In this document: positions 25,889 to 33,989 of the stretch, one piece after another | How positions within the stretch are numbered: position 1 is the stretch's first letter | Layout of the letters: the number at the start of each line of letters is the position of its first letter | Source: a virus | Lineage: Duplodnaviria; Caudoviricetes | DNA length: 33,989 nt | Direction: 5' to 3' (one strand) | IMG/VR virus record: IMGVR_UViG_3300047474_000200 | Location: 1-33,989 of that record | Notes under the pieces: model-generated | What the model was told of the DNA's origin: nothing | The model's database searches: none | Seen by the model: only the letters and a program-made list of their open reading frames with translations | Translations under genes and position numbers: made by a program

Positions 25889-27589
25889 ATGAGTTGGAAG
25901 AAATACTTTACACCAGTCGATAACGCAGGATTGCCATATGGAACTAATCCCACACAGGGAGGAGATACTTACGGTGCATCAGCAACTAGTAGATATAGCA
26001 GTTGGTTGCCTGAAGTTTATCAAGGTTCGCCTGATAGGTTAATGAGATATATGCAATATGACCAAATGGATAGAGATTTGGAAGTAAATGCGGCATTAGA
26101 TACCATATCAGAATTTAGCACACAGGTAAGTGAAAAAAGCAAAACGCCATATGAGATACATTATAATGATGATCCCAGTGACAGCGAAGTAAAAATTATC
26201 ACAGAAAAGTTAGAACAATGGTGTAGACTAAATCAACTCAACAGAAGAACATTTGGAATGTTCAGAGGTACTGTAAAGTACGGTGACCAAGTTTTCATAA
26301 GAGACCCAGAGACATTTAAATTGTATTGGGTGGACCCTGCCAATGTAGAGAAAGTCGTTGTAAACGAAAGCAAAGGGAAAAAGATCGATGCCTACTTTAT
26401 TAAAAACGTAGACTTCCATTTGAAAGACTTAGCCGCAACTAACTATGCACCAAGTCATAACAGACCATATGGAAGTGGTGCTATATTAACAGACTATTCA
26501 AACCCTACTTCAACAGCAGGATATATACAAGGCACAGACCACGGTTCATCAAGTACCAGTATGCCTATTCCAGCAGAACACGTTGTACACCTAAGTTTAG
26601 CAGAAGGTATGGAACCTACTTGGCCCTTTGGTAGCAGTATATTAGATCCTGTGTTCAAAGTGTTTAAGCAGAAAGAATTATTAGAAGACAGTATTATTAT
26701 TTACAGAGTACATAGAGCACCAGAAAGACGTGTGTTCTTTATTGATGTAGGTAATATGCCTCCTCACAAAGCACAGCAGTACTTGGAAAAAGTAAGATAC
26801 GAAGTGCAACAAAAACGTATACCAAGCAAAAACAGTCAAGGCGGCAACGTAGTAGACAGCAGTTACAATCCAATGAGTATGTTGGAAGATTATTTCTTTG
26901 CCACAACAGCAGAAGGTAGAGGTAGTAAAGTAGACACACTACCAGGTGGAGACAACTTAGGTGAGATTGACGACTTAAAATACTTCAACAACAAACTGTT
27001 AAGAGGTTTAAGAATACCAACAAGTTATTTGCCAACAGGACCAGATGATGGAACAGGCACATACAACGATGGTAAAGTAGGTGTAGCATATATACAAGAA
27101 TATAGATTTACAAAATACTGTCAACGATTACAGAACACTATTATAAGAGAAATTGACAGAGAGTTCAAAAGATATTTAAAGCACAGTGGCTTTGAAATTG
27201 ATGCAGGATTGTTTAGTATTGGATTTGCTGATGCTCAAAACTTTGCCAGTTACAGGGATTTAGAAATAGATACTGCAAGGGCACAGGTGTTTGGACAGTT
27301 AGAAGGCATACCATATCTAAGTACACAATTCAAACTCAAGAAGTATTTGGGTTTAAGTGAAAAAGAAATACTAGAGAATGAAAAGCATTGGAGAGAAGAA
27401 AACGGTGAAGATTATATTGCTCCAGACGGAGATAATTTAAGACAAGTAGGAGTAACACCGCAGACAACTAGCGGCTTAACTCCTGAATTAGGACCAGATT
27501 TAGCACCGGACGAAGGCGCACCTATAGATCCATTAGCACCGGGCGGAGACATAAATACTACTGAACCAGGAACAGAACCAGGAATATAA
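25889..27589 (+). CDS. gp20: Portal vertex protein
   Basis: LLEDSIIIYRVHRAPERRVFFIDVGNMP...SMLEDYF...GRGSKVDTLPGGDNLGEIDDLKYFNNKLLRGLRIPTS are T4 gp20 hallmarks. Confidence 0.96.
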   Translation: MSWKKYFTPVDNAGLPYGTNPTQGGDTYGASATSRYSSWLPEVYQGSPDRLMRYMQYDQMDRDLEVNAALDTISEFSTQVSEKSKTPYEIHYNDDPSDSEVKIITEKLEQWCRLNQLNRRTFGMFRGTVKYGDQVFIRDPETFKLYWVDPANVEKVVVNESKGKKIDAYFIKNVDFHLKDLAATNYAPSHNRPYGSGAILTDYSNPTSTAGYIQGTDHGSSSTSMPIPAEHVVHLSLAEGMEPTWPFGSSILDPVFKVFKQKELLEDSIIIYRVHRAPERRVFFIDVGNMPPHKAQQYLEKVRYEVQQKRIPSKNSQGGNVVDSSYNPMSMLEDYFFATTAEGRGSKVDTLPGGDNLGEIDDLKYFNNKLLRGLRIPTSYLPTGPDDGTGTYNDGKVGVAYIQEYRFTKYCQRLQNTIIREIDREFKRYLKHSGFEIDAGLFSIGFADAQNFASYRDLEIDTARAQVFGQLEGIPYLSTQFKLKKYLGLSEKEILENEKHWREENGEDYIAPDGDNLRQVGVTPQTTSGLTPELGPDLAPDEGAPIDPLAPGGDINTTEPGTEPGI

Positions 27590-27808
27590 ATGAGATTAAA
27601 CGAGTTTTACAATCCAGACGCAGATTCGATAAATAAGTATGACTTAGACGACACTAGAAAGCCTAAGTTAAGTTTAGAGAATTTGAACAAATTGAAAAGG
27701 ATTAAACTTTACAAAAAGAGTGAAACGGAATCTCGTAAAGAGTTTGTTCAAAAGATTTACAAGAAACAAGACCCCAACGCAGGCGGAATGGGCGGCGGTC
27801 TAATTTAA
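27590..27808 (+). CDS. Small basic prohead-associated protein (gp67/68 position)
   Basis: 72 aa, DTRKPKLSLENLNKLKR; abuts the portal stop; CATAAATA at 27550-27557 upstream. Confidence 0.7.
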   Translation: MRLNEFYNPDADSINKYDLDDTRKPKLSLENLNKLKRIKLYKKSETESRKEFVQKIYKKQDPNAGGMGGGLI

Positions 27809-27897
27809 CAGAATTTCGTTAGAAAAACCCTTTTCTACGAAAAAACACCTAAAATAGTTCAAAAACACACTATTTAACTATAAAAACAGTATAGAAC

Positions 27898-27954
27898 ATT
27901 AAATACTATTAGATGCTAGTGAATCAGTATGATTTGTGTCATACTTGCCTAGCA
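27898..27954 (+). promoter_or_regulatory. Late-promoter variant ATTAAATA (27898-27905) followed by a leader hairpin (27914-27954)
   Basis: TGCTAG/CTAGCA outer stem and AGTATGA/TCATACT inner stem upstream of GGAGAGG RBS and ATG 27984. Confidence 0.5.
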
Positions 27955-27983
27955 CCAGAATATTAACAAATGGAGAGGCTACG

Positions 27984-28817
27984 ATGTCAGATAAAACAAA
28001 ACTAGAACAAGTTTTAGAGCATCTTCTTGCCGACGAACAGGACAAAGCAAAAGACTTAATTCACGATTTTATGGTGGAAAAGGCTCGCGATGTTTATGAA
28101 AGTCTATTAGATGAAGAAGAGGCTGTAGAAGAAGAAACAGTAGAAGAAGCAGAAGAATCTGAAGAAGAGGCAGTTGAAGAGGCTGAAGAATCTGAAGAAG
28201 AGGCTGTAGAAGAAACAGTAGGTGGAGCGGAAAGCGAAGACTTACTTGACGAAATCGAACAAGAGATTGACCAAGAAGAATCAAGTATCGAAGAAGTCGA
28301 AGGCGATGATATGGAAATGGATATGGAACCTGAAATGGATGGCGAAGAGTCAGACGAAGAAGGCGAAGAAGAAATTGAAGACAGAGTCGACGATATTGAA
28401 GACCAACTAGATGATTTAAGAGCAGAGTTTGAAAAACTTATGTCAGATGATGACGAAGCGGAAGAAGAAGTTGAAGATTCAGAAGATGAATTAGAAGCAG
28501 AACTAGGTTTCGAATCTGAAGAAAGTGAAGACGAAGCGATTGAAGAAGCAACTAAACTTCAAGACGATAAGGCTTCATTGGTTAAGAGCAAAGAAGCACA
28601 AAGTGGCGGTAAAAGTCCTTTGAGTTCTAAGCCAAAACAAACATTTGATGCAGGCGCATCAGCAAAAGACAACGTATCACACGGTGGCGAAGAAAGTGTT
28701 AAAGGCGAAAGTGCCAAAGACCATACACCAAGTGATAACATTGGAGAAGAACCAAAAGCCGCACCAGCACCTAAAGGTGACGAAAGTGACGGTGGAAAAA
28801 GTCCTATCAGTGGATAA
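27984..28817 (+). CDS. Highly acidic prohead core / scaffold-like protein
   Basis: Glu/Asp-rich; KAKDLIHDFMVEKARDVYESL; between portal and protease. ATG 27984 has an RBS; the track's GTG 27936 lies inside the leader hairpin. Confidence 0.75.
   Translation: MSDKTKLEQVLEHLLADEQDKAKDLIHDFMVEKARDVYESLLDEEEAVEEETVEEAEESEEEAVEEAEESEEEAVEETVGGAESEDLLDEIEQEIDQEESSIEEVEGDDMEMDMEPEMDGEESDEEGEEEIEDRVDDIEDQLDDLRAEFEKLMSDDDEAEEEVEDSEDELEAELGFESEESEDEAIEEATKLQDDKASLVKSKEAQSGGKSPLSSKPKQTFDAGASAKDNVSHGGEESVKGESAKDHTPSDNIGEEPKAAPAPKGDESDGGKSPISG
28143..28208 (+). repeat. Tandem 33-nt coding repeat (EEAEESEEEAV x2)
   Basis: Two adjacent copies differing only at synonymous positions. Confidence 0.75.
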
Positions 28818-28844
28818 GACTTTATAATAAAAAGGTAGAATACA

Positions 28845-29471
28845 ATGACTAGAAAATTATACGAATATTACTCACACGATAAGGCTAACTTGTTAGTGGA
28901 AAGTAGTGCAGACGGTAAAGATTTAGTTATGAGTGGTCTTTTTATTCAAGGAGACGTAAAAAATCAAAATGGTAGGGTTTACCCTACCAATGAGATTGCA
29001 AGAGCCGTAAAAAGCATTCAAGACCGTTTAGATGAAGGCGAAACTGTTTTGGGAGAGTTAGATCATCCAGAAGAGTTACAAATAAATTTAGACAGATGTA
29101 GTCATATGATTACAAATATGGAAATGCAAGACGCAAACGGCTATGGTAAATTAAAACTCTTAGATACGCCTATGGGTAATATTGCTAAAACACTACTTAC
29201 GAGTGGTGCTAAGTTAGGAGTATCTAGTAGGGGTAGCGGTAATGTAAACGAGTCGGGACGTGTGTCTGACTTTGATATAGTTACCGTAGACATCGTAGCA
29301 CAACCAAGTGCCCCTGATGCCTACCCTAAGGCAATAAGAGAAAGTTTATTTAATATGCAAGGTGGTGGAGTAATACACGATATCGCCGAAGCAGTAACAC
29401 ACGATAAAGGCGCACAAAAACATTTATCACGAGAAATATTAAATTTTATTCGTGAACTTAATCTGAAATAG
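28845..29471 (+). CDS. gp21: Prohead protease
   Basis: GLFIQGDVKNQNGRVYP, LGELDHP, TPMGNI, GVSSRGSG, DIVAQPSAPDAY. Confidence 0.96.
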   Translation: MTRKLYEYYSHDKANLLVESSADGKDLVMSGLFIQGDVKNQNGRVYPTNEIARAVKSIQDRLDEGETVLGELDHPEELQINLDRCSHMITNMEMQDANGYGKLKLLDTPMGNIAKTLLTSGAKLGVSSRGSGNVNESGRVSDFDIVTVDIVAQPSAPDAYPKAIRESLFNMQGGGVIHDIAEAVTHDKGAQKHLSREILNFIRELNLK

Positions 29472-29481
29472 GAGAGAGCAT

Positions 29482-30603
29482 ATGGCGACAACATTTAATG
29501 ACCTATTAGAATCAAGCACATTGTCTGAAGAGGCAAGAGGCGAGATTCAATCGGCGTGGAATGCTCAACTAAGCGAAGCACGTGATGACATCACAGCAGA
29601 GTTAAGGGAAGAGTTCGCTCAACGATTTGAACACGATAAAGGACAAATAGTTGAAGCAATGGACACATTTATTTCCGAGGCACTAGCAGAAGAAATCAAA
29701 GAATTCGCACAGGACAAACAAGCACTAGTAAGCGACAGAGTCAAATATAAAGAGTCTATCGATGCACATAGCAAATTACTAGACAAGTTTGTTACAGAAA
29801 CATTAGCAAATGAAATCAAAGAGTTAAAAGCAGACAGAGATTCGCATAAAGCAAATATCGGTAAGTTAGAAAACTTTGTAATTGAACAAGTTGCTGATGA
29901 GATTTCAGAGTTTCATAAGGACAAACAGGAGTTAGTTGAGAAGAAAGTTCAATTGATTGCTGAAGGTCGTAAGAAACTTGCAGAATCTAAAGAGCAGTTC
30001 ATTAAGAAAGCGGCTGGAAAAGTTGAATCAAGTATTACTAAAATCATTAATAGTGAGATTGGTCAGTACAGAGACGACATTAAAGCGGCAAGGCAAAATG
30101 ATTTTGGTAGAAGAATTTTTGAATCCGTAGCATCTGAGTATGCTTCATCTTACCTCAATGAAAATTCAGAAGTGAAGAAGATTAGAGAAGAGATGGCAGA
30201 AATGCAAACAGCAGTCAAAGACGCAAACGCGAAACTAGAAGAATCTACTAAGCAAGAAAAAGAAACTATCTCTAAGTTAAGAATTGCAGAAGATAAGTAT
30301 CAACGCAACGAGACATTAAACAACTTAATGACTCCGCTTAATAAAGAGAAAAAAGAAATTATGGTTGAATTGTTAGAATCAGTTCAAACAAACAAATTAG
30401 AACAGGCTTTCAATAAGTACTTACCAAGTGTACTCAATGAGGACGCATCAGTAAGAACTGAAAAGAAAGCACTTAATGAATCAGTGAAAACTACAGAACA
30501 CACTGGTAACAGGGTTGCACCTGCCAGCAATGAGCAAGAAGCAACTAACAATTCTGATGTCGTTGAAATTAACGAACTCAGAAAATTAGCAGGACTAAAC
30601 TAA
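29482..30603 (+). CDS. gp22: Prohead core scaffolding protein
   Basis: Long coiled-coil protein between protease and capsid; FGRRIFES; GGAG RBS. Confidence 0.82.
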   Translation: MATTFNDLLESSTLSEEARGEIQSAWNAQLSEARDDITAELREEFAQRFEHDKGQIVEAMDTFISEALAEEIKEFAQDKQALVSDRVKYKESIDAHSKLLDKFVTETLANEIKELKADRDSHKANIGKLENFVIEQVADEISEFHKDKQELVEKKVQLIAEGRKKLAESKEQFIKKAAGKVESSITKIINSEIGQYRDDIKAARQNDFGRRIFESVASEYASSYLNENSEVKKIREEMAEMQTAVKDANAKLEESTKQEKETISKLRIAEDKYQRNETLNNLMTPLNKEKKEIMVELLESVQTNKLEQAFNKYLPSVLNEDASVRTEKKALNESVKTTEHTGNRVAPASNEQEATNNSDVVEINELRKLAGLN

Positions 30604-30614
30604 GGAGAAATATA

Positions 30615-31769
30615 ATGGCAGAAGCATTATTTGAAAGCAATTGGTCCGCAACGAAAGACGCTCTTTTAGAGGGTTTAAATGGTAGCAAGAAGACGACTAT
30701 GGAGACGATTTTAGAAAATTCTAAAGTTCAACTTCAAGAAGCGGCTTCTTCAGGTGCTACAATGGCGGGTAATATTGCAACATTAAACAAGGTTATGCTA
30801 CCTTTAATCAGAAGGGTTTTACCTTCTTTGATTTCTAACGAATTGTTAGGGGTACAGCCAATGACCGGACCAGTAGGTCAAATTCACACATTAAGAGTAA
30901 GATACGCAGAAAGTGGCGGTGGAGCAAATGCAGGTGACGAAGCATTAAGTCCATTCAAACTAGCATCTACTTACGCAGGATCACCAGACGCAACAGCGGC
31001 GGCTGAGGGTTCAGTTGGTAGAAAAATGAGTGTTCAAATCTTAAAACAAACAGTTGAAGCGAAAACTAGACGTCTAAGTGCTAGATGGACTTTTGAGAGT
31101 GCTCAAGATGCCAATTCTATGCACGGTGTTGATGTTGAAGCAGAAATTATGCAGGCACTTGCACAAGAAATCGCGGTTGAAATCGACCAAGAAATGCTTG
31201 GCAACCTCAGATCTCTAGCACCAACAGTTGATACACTAGACTTTGATGCAAGTTCAGGAAACATTTCCGGAACTCCAGCATTCATCGGTGACAAGCACGC
31301 CGTACTAGCAATCGGAATCAACAGAGCGGCTAACTTAATTGCGGCAAGAACAAGAAGAGGCGCAGGTAACTATGTTGTTGTTTCACCAGAAGCATTAACA
31401 ATTTTACAAAGTGCGACAACTTCTACTTTTGCAAGAACAACTGAAGGATCATTTGATGCACCTTCAAACAGCAAATTAGTTGGTACACTTAACGGTACTA
31501 TTAAAGTATTCGTAGACCAATATCAAGCAGACGGTGGCTCTGTATTAGTTGGTTATAAAGGATCAAGCGAAACAGACGCACCTGCGTTCTATTGCCCATA
31601 TATTCCTTTAATGAGTACAGGACCAGTTATGGATCCAAACAGTTTTGAACCAGTAGTTTCATTTATGACACGTTACGGTTACTTAGAACTTACTAACACA
31701 GCAAGTTCATTGGGTAATGCGGCTGACTATGTCGGTGAAATTGCACTTTCAAACGTATCATTCAAATAA
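30615..31769 (+). CDS. gp23: Major capsid protein
   Basis: LIRRVLP, GVQPMTGPVGQIHTLR, VEAKTRRLSARWT, EIAVEIDQE, TRRGAGN, VGYKG, FYCPYIPL, FMTRYG; AGGAG RBS. Confidence 0.97.
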   Translation: MAEALFESNWSATKDALLEGLNGSKKTTMETILENSKVQLQEAASSGATMAGNIATLNKVMLPLIRRVLPSLISNELLGVQPMTGPVGQIHTLRVRYAESGGGANAGDEALSPFKLASTYAGSPDATAAAEGSVGRKMSVQILKQTVEAKTRRLSARWTFESAQDANSMHGVDVEAEIMQALAQEIAVEIDQEMLGNLRSLAPTVDTLDFDASSGNISGTPAFIGDKHAVLAIGINRAANLIAARTRRGAGNYVVVSPEALTILQSATTSTFARTTEGSFDAPSNSKLVGTLNGTIKVFVDQYQADGGSVLVGYKGSSETDAPAFYCPYIPLMSTGPVMDPNSFEPVVSFMTRYGYLELTNTASSLGNAADYVGEIALSNVSFK

Positions 31770-31794
31770 GAATTTAATTCAAAACTTGAATACG

Positions 31795-31823
31795 AAAAAG
31801 CACTCCTCGGAGTGCTTTTTTTT
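31795..31823 (+). terminator. Rho-independent terminator after the capsid gene
   Basis: AAAAAGCACTC-CTCG-GAGTGC followed by T8. Confidence 0.9.
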
Positions 31824-31848
31824 GACTGTAAAAAATTTGCAACAATCT

Positions 31849-31856
31849 GATAAATA
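31849..31856 (+). promoter_or_regulatory. Putative late promoter GATAAATA
   Basis: Exact octamer between the terminator and the AGGAG/ATG 31879. Confidence 0.72.
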
Positions 31857-31878
31857 CTTGTAATTAGGAGTTTCTTAA

Positions 31879-33987
31879 ATGGCAGATAAATCAGTTTTTA
31901 ATCCACAGGGGGATATAACATTCAATCCTCAAAATGGTACTTTCACAGTAGACGGTGCTTTAGTAGTTACAGGTTCTACAACATATCTTAACGATACAAT
32001 TACACTTAATAGTGCAGACACTTATGCCATTAATGCAGACAATGATGCCGCAACAGGAACTCTAAGACTAGGAAACGCATCAAGCAACGCAGATATCAGT
32101 TATGGTGCTTCAGGAAATGTTATATTCGATAAACCAGTAGAAGGAAACTTTTATGTAGGCTCAGGACAAACTATTACTATTGACGGCGGTGGCTCTATTG
32201 GAGGCGGTGGCTTTACAGGTAACTTATCAGGTACAGCAACAAACGCCGGAGCATTAGTTAATGATAGAACTTTAACACTAACAGGCGACATTACAGGTAG
32301 TGTAGCATTAGGATTAAATGCTAACACATCAGCACCTAGTTTAACAGGCACATTAGCAACTGTGAACAGTAACGTAGGAAGTTTTGGCGATGGAGCAACT
32401 ATACCAAACTTTACTGTAACAGGAAAAGGATTAGTAACAGCCGCAGGCGAAACAACAGTAAGTATTACAAGTTCACAAGTTAGTAATTTTGAAACAGCCG
32501 CAGAAGCATTGTTTAGTGTAACAAGTAATTCAGCAAGTGGCAACGGAGCATTATCATACAGCAATGGTGTATTTACATTTACACCTGCAAGTGTTCCAAC
32601 AGCATTAAGTCAACTCACAGGCGACAGTGATAACATAAGTGAAGGTTCAACAAATTTATATTATACTGATGCTAGAGTTAGAGCGGCAGTAGATGCCGTT
32701 ACTAGCGGAGACGGAAGTTTAACTTATAGTAGTTCAACAGGAGACTTTACATATACAGGTCCAAGTAATACTGATTATAGAGGTGCTGTTTCAGGCGGTA
32801 CTGGTATTACTTACAGTAGTGGTACTGGAGTATTTACTACAGACGATACACATATTAGAACTCTTGTAAGTGCAACACTCGGTACAGCAGGCTATGTAGA
32901 AGCCACAGGTGTGTTTAGCCTACCAAGTACCACAGCACATATTTCAGAAGGCTCAAATTTATACTATACTGATACAAGAGCCAGGGCGGCAATTAGTGTT
33001 ACTGATGCCGGCGGTTTAGGTTCACTAGCATATAGTTCAGGTGTAATAACTTACACAGGACCGAGCACTGGAGATATTACAGGACTTATTAGTGTAACTG
33101 ACTCAGGAGGCGACGGGTCGTTGTCTTACAGTGGCGGTGTTATTACTTACACAGGACCAAGTGCCTCAGAAGTAAGAGCACATTTTACTGGTGGTACTGG
33201 AATAGACATATCAAGTGGTACAGTTGCAATAGATAGTACAGTAGTAACTAAAGCAGATGCTCAAACAATCAATGGCGATAAAACATTTACTGGTACAGTA
33301 GATTTAAGTGGAGCAACAGTTCCAGCATTTACTGTAACAGGTAACCTAGACGTAACAGGTACATTAAACTCAGTTACGCAAACAGATTTAATAGTTGAGA
33401 ACGCAGACATCACTATGAACAGTGGTAACGTTGCTCAAGATTCACATTTAAAAGTAGACAGACCTAATCCATCAGCAGATGTTTATATTAAATGGGACGA
33501 AACAGCAGATAGATGGGAGTTCACAAATGATGGATCAACAGACTACCCATTAGCAAGAAATACAGATGATTTAGCAGAAGGCACAACAAATTTTTATTAT
33601 ACTGATACCAGAGTTGATACTAGAGTAACAGGAACAACATTGCCTAACTATACAGGCAATATGACCAACCTAAGCACAGTAGCAGTCAGTACTGAACTGC
33701 TTATTCCAAATGCAAACAGTTCAACAGACCGTGCTATATTCCTAAGTGGAGACCAAGTGTTTGTGGAAACGCCTGGTTCAGGTATAAGAGAACTTACACC
33801 TACTTCATCAGTGGGAGCAGTTGAACGAGCAAATGCTGGTGTAACTTATTCCTATGGTGGACTTCAAGGTAACGGTGAATCTTTACTAGCAGGGCAAAGA
33901 GTTGTAGGCGTAGATTCATTCAACGGTATAAAAGGTATGGTAGGTGGAGCAGGAATTAGTTTAACATCCAATGCAACAACACTTGCT
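31879..33987 (+). CDS. Long Gly/Ser/Thr-rich fibre-like virion protein; runs off the window end
   Basis: Not in the track (no stop in the window). MADKSVFNPQGDITFNPQNG...FTGNLSGTATNA...RTLTLTGDITGS; EG(S/T)(T)N(L/F)YYTD repeats at about 32641, 32947 and 33577; GSL(S/T/A)YS..G..TYTGPS repeats; IKWDETADRWEF. Confidence 0.85.
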   Translation, partial: MADKSVFNPQGDITFNPQNGTFTVDGALVVTGSTTYLNDTITLNSADTYAINADNDAATGTLRLGNASSNADISYGASGNVIFDKPVEGNFYVGSGQTITIDGGGSIGGGGFTGNLSGTATNAGALVNDRTLTLTGDITGSVALGLNANTSAPSLTGTLATVNSNVGSFGDGATIPNFTVTGKGLVTAAGETTVSITSSQVSNFETAAEALFSVTSNSASGNGALSYSNGVFTFTPASVPTALSQLTGDSDNISEGSTNLYYTDARVRAAVDAVTSGDGSLTYSSSTGDFTYTGPSNTDYRGAVSGGTGITYSSGTGVFTTDDTHIRTLVSATLGTAGYVEATGVFSLPSTTAHISEGSNLYYTDTRARAAISVTDAGGLGSLAYSSGVITYTGPSTGDITGLISVTDSGGDGSLSYSGGVITYTGPSASEVRAHFTGGTGIDISSGTVAIDSTVVTKADAQTINGDKTFTGTVDLSGATVPAFTVTGNLDVTGTLNSVTQTDLIVENADITMNSGNVAQDSHLKVDRPNPSADVYIKWDETADRWEFTNDGSTDYPLARNTDDLAEGTTNFYYTDTRVDTRVTGTTLPNYTGNMTNLSTVAVSTELLIPNANSSTDRAIFLSGDQVFVETPGSGIRELTPTSSVGAVERANAGVTYSYGGLQGNGESLLAGQRVVGVDSFNGIKGMVGGAGISLTSNATTLA

Positions 33988-33989
33988 TT

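Noticed and set aside
16762-32564. Remaining short overlapping ORFs (16762, 18359, 18917, 19442, 22102, 22969, 24073, 24341, 24673, 25369, 26228, 26739, 28069, 28222, 28559, 28645, 29619, 31103, 32151)
   Set aside because: Antisense or off-frame by-products of biased codon usage in real genes.
1-33989. Alternative genetic code (stop-codon reassignment)
   Set aside because: Core genes are full length under the standard code, and TAG at 29469-29471 ends gp21 just before the gp22 RBS.

Overview
AT-rich segment of a large T4-superfamily (jumbo-type) myovirus genome, probably from an aquatic environment; the host cannot be determined from this window. Left to right: (i) a minus-strand baseplate module (very large wedge-associated protein running off the left edge, gp6-like wedge, gp25, a degenerate lysozyme, gp5-like spike, gp27-like hub, gp53/LysM, tube-initiator-like protein). 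(ii) A plus-strand accessory island interrupting that module (MTA/SAH nucleosidase-like, SGNH-like, HExxH peptidase, YodL-like, small ORFs). (iii) A gp55 late sigma - gp47 - gp46 - GIY-YIG operon. (iv) A ~530-nt non-coding, strongly structured region. (v) A gp26-like chaperone with an apparent programmed -1 frameshift into a gp51-like frame, divergent from a tape-measure gene. (vi) The head module (portal, small core protein, acidic protein, protease, scaffold, major capsid), then a fibre-like gene running off the right edge. The best leads are the structured non-coding element directly behind the GIY-YIG gene, the T-TTT-TTC plus stem-loop frameshift in gp26/gp51, and a GATAAATA late promoter paired with an AAAAC-NN-GTTTT palindrome in a phage whose gp55 carries a large insertion. 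All family calls come from motif recognition by eye; no database search or folding program was run.
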